Shown here in pieces: positions 56,025-64,000 of a stretch of DNA of 64,000 nt (positions are counted from its first letter, which is position 1; every line of letters begins with the position of its first letter). Source of the stretch: a virus; the IMG/VR virus record IMGVR_UViG_3300005805_000049, positions 1 to 64,000 of that record; one strand, given 5' to 3'. A program made the translations under genes and the position numbers. The notes beneath the pieces were generated by a model, which had not been told where the DNA came from, ran no database searches, and saw only the letters and a program-made list of their open reading frames with translations.

Positions 56025-56518
56025 TGTCAATGATTCATATTAATGGAACATCGGATAGCAAGTTGTCGGTAGTTGATTCAGATCAGATTCAACCAAATGC
56101 CACGGACGTTCGTCTACACAAGGTGTTTAAAGTTAATGACGGAATGATGATTCTGGAAGACAACTATAAGCAACACCGATCAACAATTGAGGTTAAGCCT
56201 GATATTCAGGGATATTGGATTCTTCAGCCAGGTACATATGAAGTTGTAATGGAAGGCACTGTTACGATTGCTGAAGGAGAAGCTGGGTGGATTATTACTC
56301 GATCAACCTTGAACCGCAATGGAATTTTCATAACTTCTGGATTGTACGACAGTGGGTATTCTGGAGTAATGGCTGGGGCAATGCATGTTGGCGTTGGTCC
56401 TCTAAAGATTAAGCAGGGAACCAGAGTTGGCCAGTTCTTGCTATTCAATTCTGAGACGTTGCATAAGTACAATGGTTCGTATGGTACAGCCAGTGAACAT
56501 GATAAAAAATACAAATAA
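56024..56518 (+). CDS. dUTPase/dCTP deaminase trimeric-fold protein
   Basis: QPNA.DVRL, RSTL.R.G, GLYDSGYSG, RVGQ, YNG.Y. Confidence 0.8.
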   Translation: MSMIHINGTSDSKLSVVDSDQIQPNATDVRLHKVFKVNDGMMILEDNYKQHRSTIEVKPDIQGYWILQPGTYEVVMEGTVTIAEGEAGWIITRSTLNRNGIFITSGLYDSGYSGVMAGAMHVGVGPLKIKQGTRVGQFLLFNSETLHKYNGSYGTASEHDKKYK

Positions 56519-56532
56519 CAATGGAGTAAATT

Positions 56533-57393
56533 ATGGCTATTGAAATTAAAGTTCCGATGGAACAACTTAGAAAGAATAAGCTATTTCTCGCTGTTCCAAT
56601 GTATGGCGGAATGTGTGCAGGAATGTTTACTCGTTCGATTGCTGATCTATCGGCATTATGCGTTCGTTATGGCATTGAACTGAAGATGTATTTTCTGTTC
56701 AACGAATCGTTAATTCCTCGCGCAAGAAATTATTGTTGTGACGAATTCATGCGATCTGATTGTACGCATTTTATGTTTATTGATGCTGACATCGGGTTCA
56801 ATCCAAACGACGTAATTGCATTGATGGCGTTGCAGTCCGACGATTCGCCATACGATGTTATCGGAGGTCCTTATCCAAAGAAATGTATCTCTTGGGAAAA
56901 AATCAAGCTTGCTGTGGATAAAGGAATGGCTGACGAAGATCCAAATATTCTTGACAGATACGTTGGTGATTATGTATTTAATCCAAAAGGGGGTCAGCGA
57001 GAAATTCCATTGGGTGAACCGGTGGAGGTTCTAGAAATTGGTACAGGCTTCATGATGGTTCGCCGTCGAACATTTGAGACGTTTATTGAGAAGTTCCCTC
57101 AGTATTCGTATAAGCCAGACCACGTTCGAACAGAACATTTCGATGGGTCACGTGAAATCATGATGTACTTCCAATCAGAGATTGACCCGAAGTCAAAGCG
57201 CTATCTGTCAGAAGACTATTGGTTCTGCCAAAAAATTCAAGAAGCTGAGATGAAAACGTGGATTTGTCCGTGGATGAAACTGCAACACGTCGGTACAATG
57301 ATCTTTGGCGGATCATTAGTCGATCTTGCGCAGATTGGAGCATCTGCTACAGCTGATGCAGGTCAATTGAAGAAGAAAAAGCAGAACTCTTAA
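56533..57393 (+). CDS. GT-A fold glycosyltransferase-like protein
   Basis: ESLIPRARN, FMFIDAD (DxD), GTGFMMV.R, LSEDY.FC, L.HVG. Confidence 0.7.
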   Translation: MAIEIKVPMEQLRKNKLFLAVPMYGGMCAGMFTRSIADLSALCVRYGIELKMYFLFNESLIPRARNYCCDEFMRSDCTHFMFIDADIGFNPNDVIALMALQSDDSPYDVIGGPYPKKCISWEKIKLAVDKGMADEDPNILDRYVGDYVFNPKGGQREIPLGEPVEVLEIGTGFMMVRRRTFETFIEKFPQYSYKPDHVRTEHFDGSREIMMYFQSEIDPKSKRYLSEDYWFCQKIQEAEMKTWICPWMKLQHVGTMIFGGSLVDLAQIGASATADAGQLKKKKQNS

Positions 57394-57411
57394 TTATTGA
57401 GGTGTTATAAT

Positions 57412-58071
57412 ATGAAGCTAGCGAATGAAACCATTACAGTGCTACAAAACTTCCAATCTATCAATCCATCAATCGTGATTAGTTCGGGCAATGTTGTCCG
57501 AACTATTTCGGAAACTGAAACGATTTTCGCCAAAGCAGTAGTTGCAGATAACTTTCCAATCAAGTTTGGCATTTATGATCTGTCGAAGTTCTTGGGAATC
57601 TTATCTCTGAACAAGAACTCTGAGATTCAGTTTGAACCCAATCATATGGTGATCACACAGGATCGCAGTAAAGTTCGTTATACGTACTGCAACGTCGAAC
57701 TAATCAAAACACCACCAGAAGACAAGGAAATTGTTCTACCATCAATTGATGTCTGCTTTGAACTGAAGGCCGATGTTCTAAAAGAAGTGCTGAAAGCAAT
57801 GGCAATTCTTGGGTTCAATGAAATTTGTTTCAGTGGTTCGGATGGAGTGTTGTCAGTTCAGGCAATCAACACTAAGAATGAAAGCTCTGATCTGTTTTCA
57901 ACGGAGATTGGAACGACAGACAGTCAGTTTTCAGTAGTGATTGAAGCTGACAAGTTGAAGATGATTCCCGCAGATTATACGGTATCGATCACCAAGCAGG
58001 GAATTGCACATTTCCGATCGTCCACTGTCGAGTACTGGGTTGGAATCTCTACAAAGTCTCAGTTTGCTTGA
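57412..58071 (+). CDS. gp45: Sliding clamp gp45
   Basis: MKL...T...L.NF.SIN, FGIYDL..FL; synteny with gp44 and gp62. Confidence 0.92.
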   Translation: MKLANETITVLQNFQSINPSIVISSGNVVRTISETETIFAKAVVADNFPIKFGIYDLSKFLGILSLNKNSEIQFEPNHMVITQDRSKVRYTYCNVELIKTPPEDKEIVLPSIDVCFELKADVLKEVLKAMAILGFNEICFSGSDGVLSVQAINTKNESSDLFSTEIGTTDSQFSVVIEADKLKMIPADYTVSITKQGIAHFRSSTVEYWVGISTKSQFA

Positions 58072-58093
58072 TAGCCAGTGAAAAAGGAACTAT

Positions 58094-59026
58094 ATGATGG
58101 AAGAATTTCTATTCGTCGAAAAGTATCGTCCTTCAACAATCGATCAAACAATCCTTCCTGATCGATACAAACAAATGTTCAATCAGTACATCGAACAGAA
58201 AAATGTTCCAAACCTGATCCTGGCCGGTCGACCTGGGATTGGAAAGACTACAGTTGCAAGAGCAATGCTTGAGCAGCTTGGATGCTCTTATATGATGATT
58301 AACGGTTCGTTGGATGGCAATAAGGACACTCTGCGAACTCAAATCAAGGACTTTGCTTCATCAGTATCGATTAAGGGAGGTCGTAAATACGTCATCCTTG
58401 ATGAGGCAGATGCGTTGACTCATCATATGCAGCCAGCTCTTCGTAACTTCATGGAAGAGTTCTCAATCAATTGTGGATTCATTCTGACATGCAACTACAA
58501 GCATAAGATCATCGAGCCATTGCATTCTCGTTGTTCGTTGATTGAGTTTAAGTTTACTCAGGCAGATAAGCCAGTCTTAGCAAAGGCTATCTTTGAGCGC
58601 GTTCAGCAGATCTTGAACAGCGAATCGATTGAATATGACAAGAAAGTGTTAGTTCAATTGATTGCAAAGTTCTTTCCCGATTTCCGTAAGATCATTAATG
58701 AATTGCAGAAGTATGCAATTAATGGGCGAATCGATTCAGGAATCTTAACAGACTTTGATGAGATCTCGATCTCTAAGCTGATTGAAGCAGTCAAGCAAAA
58801 GAACTTTAACTCAATGCGCGACTGGGTAACCAACAATGACTATGATGAAACAGATGTTTATCGCAAGTTGTATGACAATGCGAATAAGTTCTTGAAACCA
58901 GCATCGATTGCGCAGTTAGTGCTAATCATTGCTAAGTATCAATATCAAGCAGCTTTTTCGGTCGACAGCGAGATCAATCTGATGGCTGCTCTCGTTGAAA
59001 TGGCAATTGAATTGGAGTGGCAATAA
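58094..59026 (+). CDS. gp44: Clamp loader ATPase gp44
   Basis: EKYRP, GRPGIGKTT, ILDEAD, Q.ALR.F.E, SRC. Confidence 0.95.
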   Translation: MMEEFLFVEKYRPSTIDQTILPDRYKQMFNQYIEQKNVPNLILAGRPGIGKTTVARAMLEQLGCSYMMINGSLDGNKDTLRTQIKDFASSVSIKGGRKYVILDEADALTHHMQPALRNFMEEFSINCGFILTCNYKHKIIEPLHSRCSLIEFKFTQADKPVLAKAIFERVQQILNSESIEYDKKVLVQLIAKFFPDFRKIINELQKYAINGRIDSGILTDFDEISISKLIEAVKQKNFNSMRDWVTNNDYDETDVYRKLYDNANKFLKPASIAQLVLIIAKYQYQAAFSVDSEINLMAALVEMAIELEWQ

Positions 59027-59403
59027 TGACCCCGTTTGATTTTATCAAATCTATCAATCAACACAACTACTCAATTGATCCTCTTGTCGAGGATCAATTC
59101 AACGGCTTTTTGACTAATCGAAACTTCTCGCTATTTCCTGATACGATTCTTCAAGCGAATGAAATGAATATTAATAGTCATCTGGACAATAAGTTGCAGT
59201 ATGATTATATGTTCAACACAATTCAGAAGAAGAATAGATTCAAGCAATGGCCAAAGAAAGCAAAAGTTAATAACGATAATATTCAGTTAATTTGTCATAT
59301 TTATAAATATAATGTTCAAAAAGCTAAACAAGTACTTTCAGTGTTAACTGAAAAGCAAATTGAAATGATCAAGAAACAACAAGAAACAGGTGGAGTTAAA
59401 TGA
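59026..59403 (+). CDS. gp62: Clamp loader subunit gp62
   Basis: PFDF..SIN, NR..S...DT...ANEMN, QYDY; synteny. Confidence 0.88.
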   Translation: MTPFDFIKSINQHNYSIDPLVEDQFNGFLTNRNFSLFPDTILQANEMNINSHLDNKLQYDYMFNTIQKKNRFKQWPKKAKVNNDNIQLICHIYKYNVQKAKQVLSVLTEKQIEMIKKQQETGGVK

Positions 59404-59792
59404 TTGATACATTTATTAAAGTTACTGTCAAAGAAGATCAAGACTTTCTAAAAATTAAAGAAACATTAACACGAATTGGAATTGCTTCACGAAAAGAAAA
59501 GAAATTGTGGCAATCGTGCCACATTCTTCATAAAAGAGGTAATTACTACATTGTGCATTTTAAAGAACTGTTTGCATTAGATGGAAAGCAAACTGATTTT
59601 ACTGAAGATGATTTGGCAAGAAGAAATACCATTGCAAATCTTTTAGCTGAATGGAATCTATATACGATCGACAATCCAACAATATGTGAAACCCCTCGAG
59701 CTCCAATGTCACATATTAAAATTCTACCGTATAAAGAAAAAGCTGAATGGGAATTGTGTTCTAAGTACACCATCGGACGAAAAAAAGTTTAA
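59400..59792 (+). CDS. regA: Translational repressor RegA
   Basis: DFLKIKETLTRIGIAS, QSCHILHK.G.YYIVHFKELF.LDG, RRNTIA.LL. Confidence 0.96.
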   Translation: MIDTFIKVTVKEDQDFLKIKETLTRIGIASRKEKKLWQSCHILHKRGNYYIVHFKELFALDGKQTDFTEDDLARRNTIANLLAEWNLYTIDNPTICETPRAPMSHIKILPYKEKAEWELCSKYTIGRKKV

Positions 59793-59809
59793 TTTTTCAA
59801 AAAAACCAG

Positions 59810-59838
59810 TTGACCCTGTTGGCACGTTCGTCTATAAC
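59810..59838 (+). promoter_or_regulatory. Sigma70-like early promoter TTGACC-N17-TATAAC
   Basis: Intergenic after regA. Confidence 0.7.
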
Positions 59839-59856
59839 TAGCTCATCAACAAACGG

Positions 59857-60069
59857 ATGGAGATGCAAATGGGTTGGGATCGCACTGGTCAAATTATCCG
59901 AGGCGTTTACCTGAACGAATTTTCCTACATGGGCAAGGTGGTCGATTCCCGTGTAAAATATGGGGGAGATGTTCAGCATACAGTAGAACTGTTTTCTCCG
60001 ATTGTAGTGCATGGTCAGAGCCGCAATCGGCTCCTGGTTAATGAGAACCAGCCTTTCGCAATTCTATGA
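59857..60069 (+). CDS. Small hypothetical protein
   Basis: G.V.DSRVKYGG.VQHTV.L motif; true start may be one of the next ATGs. Confidence 0.6.
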   Translation: MEMQMGWDRTGQIIRGVYLNEFSYMGKVVDSRVKYGGDVQHTVELFSPIVVHGQSRNRLLVNENQPFAIL

Positions 60070-60078
60070 GCAGCTGCT

Positions 60079-60222
60079 ATGAAGAAACAACAACTACCTG
60101 TCGCTCGCCGATCTTTGGCTATCGTGTTTACAAAGCATGATAGCCCTTTCAAACCAAAGAAAATTTCCTCAAAGAAGAAATATTCCAGAAAAATCAAGCA
60201 CGTAAAAAAGACAGATTTTTAA
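60079..60222 (+). CDS. 47-aa basic peptide with Y-x-R-K-x-K-H motif (not in ORF track)
   Basis: MKKQQLPVARRSLAIVFTKHDSPFKPKKISSKKKYSRKIKHVKKTDF; RBS weak. Confidence 0.45.
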   Translation: MKKQQLPVARRSLAIVFTKHDSPFKPKKISSKKKYSRKIKHVKKTDF

Positions 60223-60231
60223 TTTTAACAG

Positions 60232-60260
60232 TTGACTTCTGTTCTTGCTGGTGGTATAAC
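60232..60260 (+). promoter_or_regulatory. Sigma70-like early promoter TTGACT-N17-TATAAC
   Basis: Intergenic, upstream of the 60292 ORF. Confidence 0.7.
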
Positions 60261-60291
60261 TACCATATTGATCAACTGAAGGAGACGCCTG

Positions 60292-60912
60292 ATGACGATG
60301 ATCGCCCCTGACTTCCTGATCTCACGGATGTCCGTTTCGATCTCTAGCATTGTTTCTGCTTTGATCGACAGCGCTCCGCGCAGCGTCAACGAAGTTGCTT
60401 CCAGTATCGGAGCGGTCGTTGACCGTCAAGGCAGACTGCATGCTCCGCATGATGGTTTTGTGTTTGAGGGAATTGTGTATCGTGGTGGAGAGTACTTGCC
60501 GGTCGAGCATGCGAATCTGACCAATCAGCGGGAAAGCCTGCGACTAAAGATGACTGTTGAGCAGGCTGATAAGACGATTGCGATGCTGGAACAGGCAAAG
60601 CTCGACTGCTCTGCTAGCAAGGGCAAGGAGTTCGACGGTAAAGTGTATTTGTACATCAATCAAATTACTGCGAAGCAGAAGTCTGAGGTGCTTGGATTGA
60701 TGCCTCAGGACAACATTAAGATCCTGCTGTCCGTTGAACAGGCAAAGCAGCATCGTGTAACCGGTCTGCTCGGAAAAACTTTTAAATATTCTCACAAGAA
60801 AAAGCTCGCTAATATGCAGTATACTGGTAACTATCATAACTGGGTAATCGGCGAGTGTGAACAAAACCATGGTAAGATCTGTGGTTATCTGTACCAGCGG
60901 ATCGTCGACTAA
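60292..60912 (+). CDS. Hypothetical early protein
   Basis: AAGGAG RBS; GRLHAPHDGF....Y.GGEYLP motif. Confidence 0.65.
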   Translation: MTMIAPDFLISRMSVSISSIVSALIDSAPRSVNEVASSIGAVVDRQGRLHAPHDGFVFEGIVYRGGEYLPVEHANLTNQRESLRLKMTVEQADKTIAMLEQAKLDCSASKGKEFDGKVYLYINQITAKQKSEVLGLMPQDNIKILLSVEQAKQHRVTGLLGKTFKYSHKKKLANMQYTGNYHNWVIGECEQNHGKICGYLYQRIVD

Positions 60913-60923
60913 GGAGATATATT

Positions 60924-61397
60924 ATGAGCAATGTAATTGAACTGCCGCGACCGATTATGCCTCCAGTACCAACTGTACTGCGAGGCTTTAACAAAGATAA
61001 ACGAGTAATCGACATGCTTTCGAAAGTTGCAGTCGCCGTTGAGCCTGTTGCAAACGCTCGACTGGCGGCTGCGTTAGTTTATAAGAACGAAATCATTTCG
61101 TTTGGAATAAATAAAAAAAAGACTCATCCTTTTCAAGCAAAGTATGGTAAGAATAAAGATTCGATATTTCTGCATGCTGAAAATGATTGCATTAAAAATG
61201 CTCTACGAATAATTACAGTAGATCAGCTTTCGAAATGTACTTTGTATATCTGCAGAGTAAAATTTAGCAACAACATTGATAAAAGATTTGTTTATGGAAT
61301 GGCAAAGCCGTGTCCCGGTTGCGCCAGAGCAATTGCTGCTTTTGATATTAAAAATGTGATTTATTCAACAGACGACAATTCAATAGAAAAGTTGTAA
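60924..61397 (+). CDS. Zinc-dependent cytidine/deoxycytidylate deaminase-fold protein
   Basis: HAE and KPCPGC zinc-binding motifs. Confidence 0.82.
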   Translation: MSNVIELPRPIMPPVPTVLRGFNKDKRVIDMLSKVAVAVEPVANARLAAALVYKNEIISFGINKKKTHPFQAKYGKNKDSIFLHAENDCIKNALRIITVDQLSKCTLYICRVKFSNNIDKRFVYGMAKPCPGCARAIAAFDIKNVIYSTDDNSIEKL

Positions 61398-61486
61398 CCA
61401 TTTTCAGCCATCACTAAAAGGAATAGCTGATATTTTTTTCAGTGTTTTGGTTGATTTTTATTGTGGTTTGATGATATATACCTACG

Positions 61487-61546
61487 TTGGTTGGCCGTGT
61501 GGCAACCAAATAGCATAACAACCTTGCTTTTTTAAGGAGGATAACA
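61487..61546 (+). promoter_or_regulatory. ROSE-like RNA thermometer in the hsp20 leader
   Basis: CCUU-G(bulge)-CUU UUUU AAG-GAGG hairpin with UUGCU opposite the SD, preceded by a second hairpin. Confidence 0.65.
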
Positions 61547-61972
61547 ATGAACTACTTTCCAGATAACTACCGCGCTTTTTCTGTTGGTTTTGATGAAGCT
61601 GTCAAGCAACTTGAGGCTTTTACTAAAAATACAGCAAAATTGGCGGCAGGTTACCCACCATATAACATCGTCAAGATTGATGAGAACAAATACGTGATCG
61701 AGATTGCTGTTGCTGGATTTGCAAAGCAAGATCTCGAAGTGGAAATCAAAGAAGATTCTTTGATCGTTTCTGGTAAACTATCTCACGGTTCTGACGAACC
61801 CACACAATATCTTTATAAAGGAATTGCCGACAGAGCTTTTTCTCGAAAGTTTAATCTTGCAGACACAATCGAAGTGAAGAATACCAAACTAATTAATGGA
61901 ATGCTAAAGGTGTTTCTCGAGAACGTAATTCCAGAACATAAGAAACCAAAAAAGTTAGAAATTGAGGAGTAA
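61547..61972 (+). CDS. Small heat shock protein Hsp20 (IbpA-like)
   Basis: VGFD, YPPYNI, IEIAVAGF, YLYKGIA.RAF.R.F.LA, NGML. Confidence 0.93.
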   Translation: MNYFPDNYRAFSVGFDEAVKQLEAFTKNTAKLAAGYPPYNIVKIDENKYVIEIAVAGFAKQDLEVEIKEDSLIVSGKLSHGSDEPTQYLYKGIADRAFSRKFNLADTIEVKNTKLINGMLKVFLENVIPEHKKPKKLEIEE

Positions 61973-61975
61973 CAA

Positions 61976-62137
61976 ATGGCAACAACGGTTGCAAGTGCAA
62001 CGTCTGGGATTGCAGACGTCGCAAAATCTATGCTTGGCACTATCAAAAAAGCAATTGTCAAGGGATTTGTTAAAATCCAAGAAGGCCAGATTCGTCGAGC
62101 AAGACGAATGATCGAAAACAAGACCTATCCGTTCTAA
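61976..62137 (+). CDS. 53-aa hypothetical protein (not in ORF track)
   Basis: GAGGAG RBS; MATTVASATSGIADVAKSML...; followed by a terminator. Confidence 0.55.
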   Translation: MATTVASATSGIADVAKSMLGTIKKAIVKGFVKIQEGQIRRARRMIENKTYPF

Positions 62138-62142
62138 TAAAT

Positions 62143-62170
62143 AAACGGGGGGAGAAATCCCCCCGTTTTT
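62143..62170 (+). terminator. Rho-independent terminator
   Basis: AAACGGGGGGA-GAAA-TCCCCCCGTTT plus Ts. Confidence 0.9.
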
Positions 62171-62235
62171 CGTTGACAATTCTCTTTCCTGCAATTACAA
62201 TCTCTAACATTGAAGCAACTGATGAGGCGATCTCT

Positions 62236-64000
62236 ATGCATTTTTATACCAGCGCCACACAGCGAGGGAACAACATTCTTGTCTGTGGATACAATGATGG
62301 AAAGCGATATAAACAAAAGGTTCGTTACAAGCCATATCTATTCGTTCCAACAAACCAGTACAGTAAATACAAAACGATTGGCGGCAAGTCTGTCGGACGG
62401 ATGGACTTTGATTCAATTGCTGACGCTCGTAACTTCGTTGAGCAATACAAAGAAGTTGATAACTTTGAAGTGTATGGGTCGACCAACTATCAATATGTCT
62501 ATCTACACGACACTTTTAAACAAACTAAGTATGACTCTCGTCTGATTAAGACTGTAGTGTTGGACATCGAAGTTTCTACTGAGGATGGGTATCCAGACAT
62601 CCAGACTGCTCAATCTGCAATTACTGCAATCACCATGATGTATGACGATATTACTTTTGTGCTTGGCTATGGAGAATTTAACACTTCTGATACGACGATC
62701 AAGTACATCAAATGTGCTGATGAGCAAGAGTTATTGAATCGATTTATTAAGCTATTTTCCCATGATGTGTATCGACCTGACGTGATTACAGGATGGAACG
62801 TTGAAATGTTTGATATTCCATACTGCGTCAATCGGATCACTAATGTGTTAGGAGAAGCTTATGCAAAAAAGCTTTCTCCTTTTGAAGTATTGGACCAACG
62901 AACGATTGAGTATATGGGGCACGAGAATGTTGCTTTCACTCCTGTTGGTGTGAACATTCTTGATTATTTGCATCTGTACAAAAAGTTTACTTATTCGCAA
63001 CAAGAGTCTTATAAGCTAGACCATATTGCGTTCGTTGAACTTGGAGAACGTAAACTGGACTACTCTGAGTATGGATCATTGCATAACTTATACGTCAATG
63101 ACCATCAGAAGTTTATTGAGTATAACATTCGAGATTGTGGTCTAGTTCGCCGTCTGGATAATAAGATGAAGCTGTTGGATTTGGTCTACACGATTGCTTA
63201 CGATTCAACTACCAACTATATCGATTCATTGGCAACGGTTCGATCATGGGATGTTGTAATTCACAACTACCTCATTGACCAGAACATCGTTGTTCCAAAC
63301 CCAAAGAAGTCAGAAGTTAATAGACAACCTGTTGGAGCCCACGTTAAGAATCCTCAGACCGGGGCATTTGATTGGGTGGTGTCGTTCGATTTGACAAGTT
63401 TGTATCCTCACTTAATCATGTCATACAACATTTCGCCAGATACTATTCGGGGTAAAGTTCCAAATCAATTGTCAATCGATCAATTATTGGACGGCAAATC
63501 TGATATCTATCATAAGTATCTTGATGTTAATAACTATTCAATGGCTGCAAGTGGATGTGTATTTACCAAAGATAAACAAGGTTTCTTACCAGCATTGATG
63601 AAACAATTGTTTGACAAACGTAAACAATTTAAAGATGAGATGCTCAAGCTGAAGAAGCAGTATGAGAAAAACAAGACTACAGAGCTTGAGTACCTGATTG
63701 CAAAATACGACAATCTTCAGATGGCAATGAAGATTCGATTGAACTCTGCGTACGGAGCGCTTGCGAATCCGTACTTCAGGTGGTTTGATCTTCGCTATGC
63801 GGAATCGATTACAATGTCTGGGCAGCTAACGATTCGATGGGCTGAAAAGCATATTAATCAGTGGATGAACGATAAGCTCGGGACTACCGATGTTGACTAT
63901 GTAATTGCATCTGATACTGATTCGTTGTATATCAACATGGGTGATTTGGTTAAACAGCTACATCCAAACAAAGATAAATTGTCGACCGTTCAGTTTATCG
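62236..64000 (+). CDS. gp43: Family B DNA polymerase gp43 (3' truncated by window edge)
   Basis: Starts MHFYTSA; ExoI LDIE, GWNVEMFDIPY, motif A SFDLTSLYP, motif B KIRLNSAYG, motif C DTDS, all in one frame; TTGACA..TACAAT promoter upstream. Confidence 0.95.
   Translation, partial: MHFYTSATQRGNNILVCGYNDGKRYKQKVRYKPYLFVPTNQYSKYKTIGGKSVGRMDFDSIADARNFVEQYKEVDNFEVYGSTNYQYVYLHDTFKQTKYDSRLIKTVVLDIEVSTEDGYPDIQTAQSAITAITMMYDDITFVLGYGEFNTSDTTIKYIKCADEQELLNRFIKLFSHDVYRPDVITGWNVEMFDIPYCVNRITNVLGEAYAKKLSPFEVLDQRTIEYMGHENVAFTPVGVNILDYLHLYKKFTYSQQESYKLDHIAFVELGERKLDYSEYGSLHNLYVNDHQKFIEYNIRDCGLVRRLDNKMKLLDLVYTIAYDSTTNYIDSLATVRSWDVVIHNYLIDQNIVVPNPKKSEVNRQPVGAHVKNPQTGAFDWVVSFDLTSLYPHLIMSYNISPDTIRGKVPNQLSIDQLLDGKSDIYHKYLDVNNYSMAASGCVFTKDKQGFLPALMKQLFDKRKQFKDEMLKLKKQYEKNKTTELEYLIAKYDNLQMAMKIRLNSAYGALANPYFRWFDLRYAESITMSGQLTIRWAEKHINQWMNDKLGTTDVDYVIASDTDSLYINMGDLVKQLHPNKDKLSTVQFI

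Noticed and set aside
61450-61480. Possible sigma32 heat-shock promoter upstream of hsp20
   Set aside because: Only a partial match (GTTGAT...GATATATA); too weak to call without TSS data.
62210-62545. 111-aa plus-strand ORF in the track
   Set aside because: Out-of-frame overlap with gp43, which starts at 62236 and was missed only because it runs off the window.
1-64000. Stop-codon reassignment (prompted by Gln-rich proteins)
   Set aside because: Core genes are full length in the standard code; TAG terminates gp18 and TGA terminates several genes normally.
1-64000. tRNA genes, CRISPR arrays, rRNA, integrase
   Set aside because: None seen by eye, and intergenic gaps are short. A tRNAscan or Infernal run would be needed to exclude small RNAs fully.

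Overview
This is a 64 kb AT-rich slice of a T4-like myovirus genome, with almost all genes on the + strand. Gene order: baseplate wedge (gp6 partial, gp7, gp8, VrlC-like), a block of tail-fibre/virion proteins, holin-like genes, neck/terminase/tail/head genes (gp13-gp23), gp3, uvsY, uvsW, gp55, gp47, gp46, an accessory block, gp45/44/62, regA, hsp20 and the 5' part of the B-family DNA polymerase gp43 (62236 to window end, absent from the ORF track). Most interesting: (1) a 7-deazaguanine DNA-modification cluster (queD, queE, folE, DpdL-like decarboxylase, DpdA-like TGT fold) with no queC in the window but an embedded purine phosphoribosyltransferase, DUF3310 protein, dUTPase-fold enzyme and PD-(D/E)XK nuclease, suggesting a possible nucleotide-level G-replacement route; (2) dense N-X-S/T sequons in virion surface proteins, hinting at virion N-glycosylation; (3) a candidate late-promoter-driven structured ncRNA with a loop-loop pseudoknot after gp23; (4) a ROSE-type RNA thermometer on hsp20; (5) several genes with T4 IP-like capsid-targeting leaders, including an ADP-ribosyltransferase; (6) orphan antisense sigma70 promoters. 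All calls come from motif recognition and synteny by eye; no searches were run.
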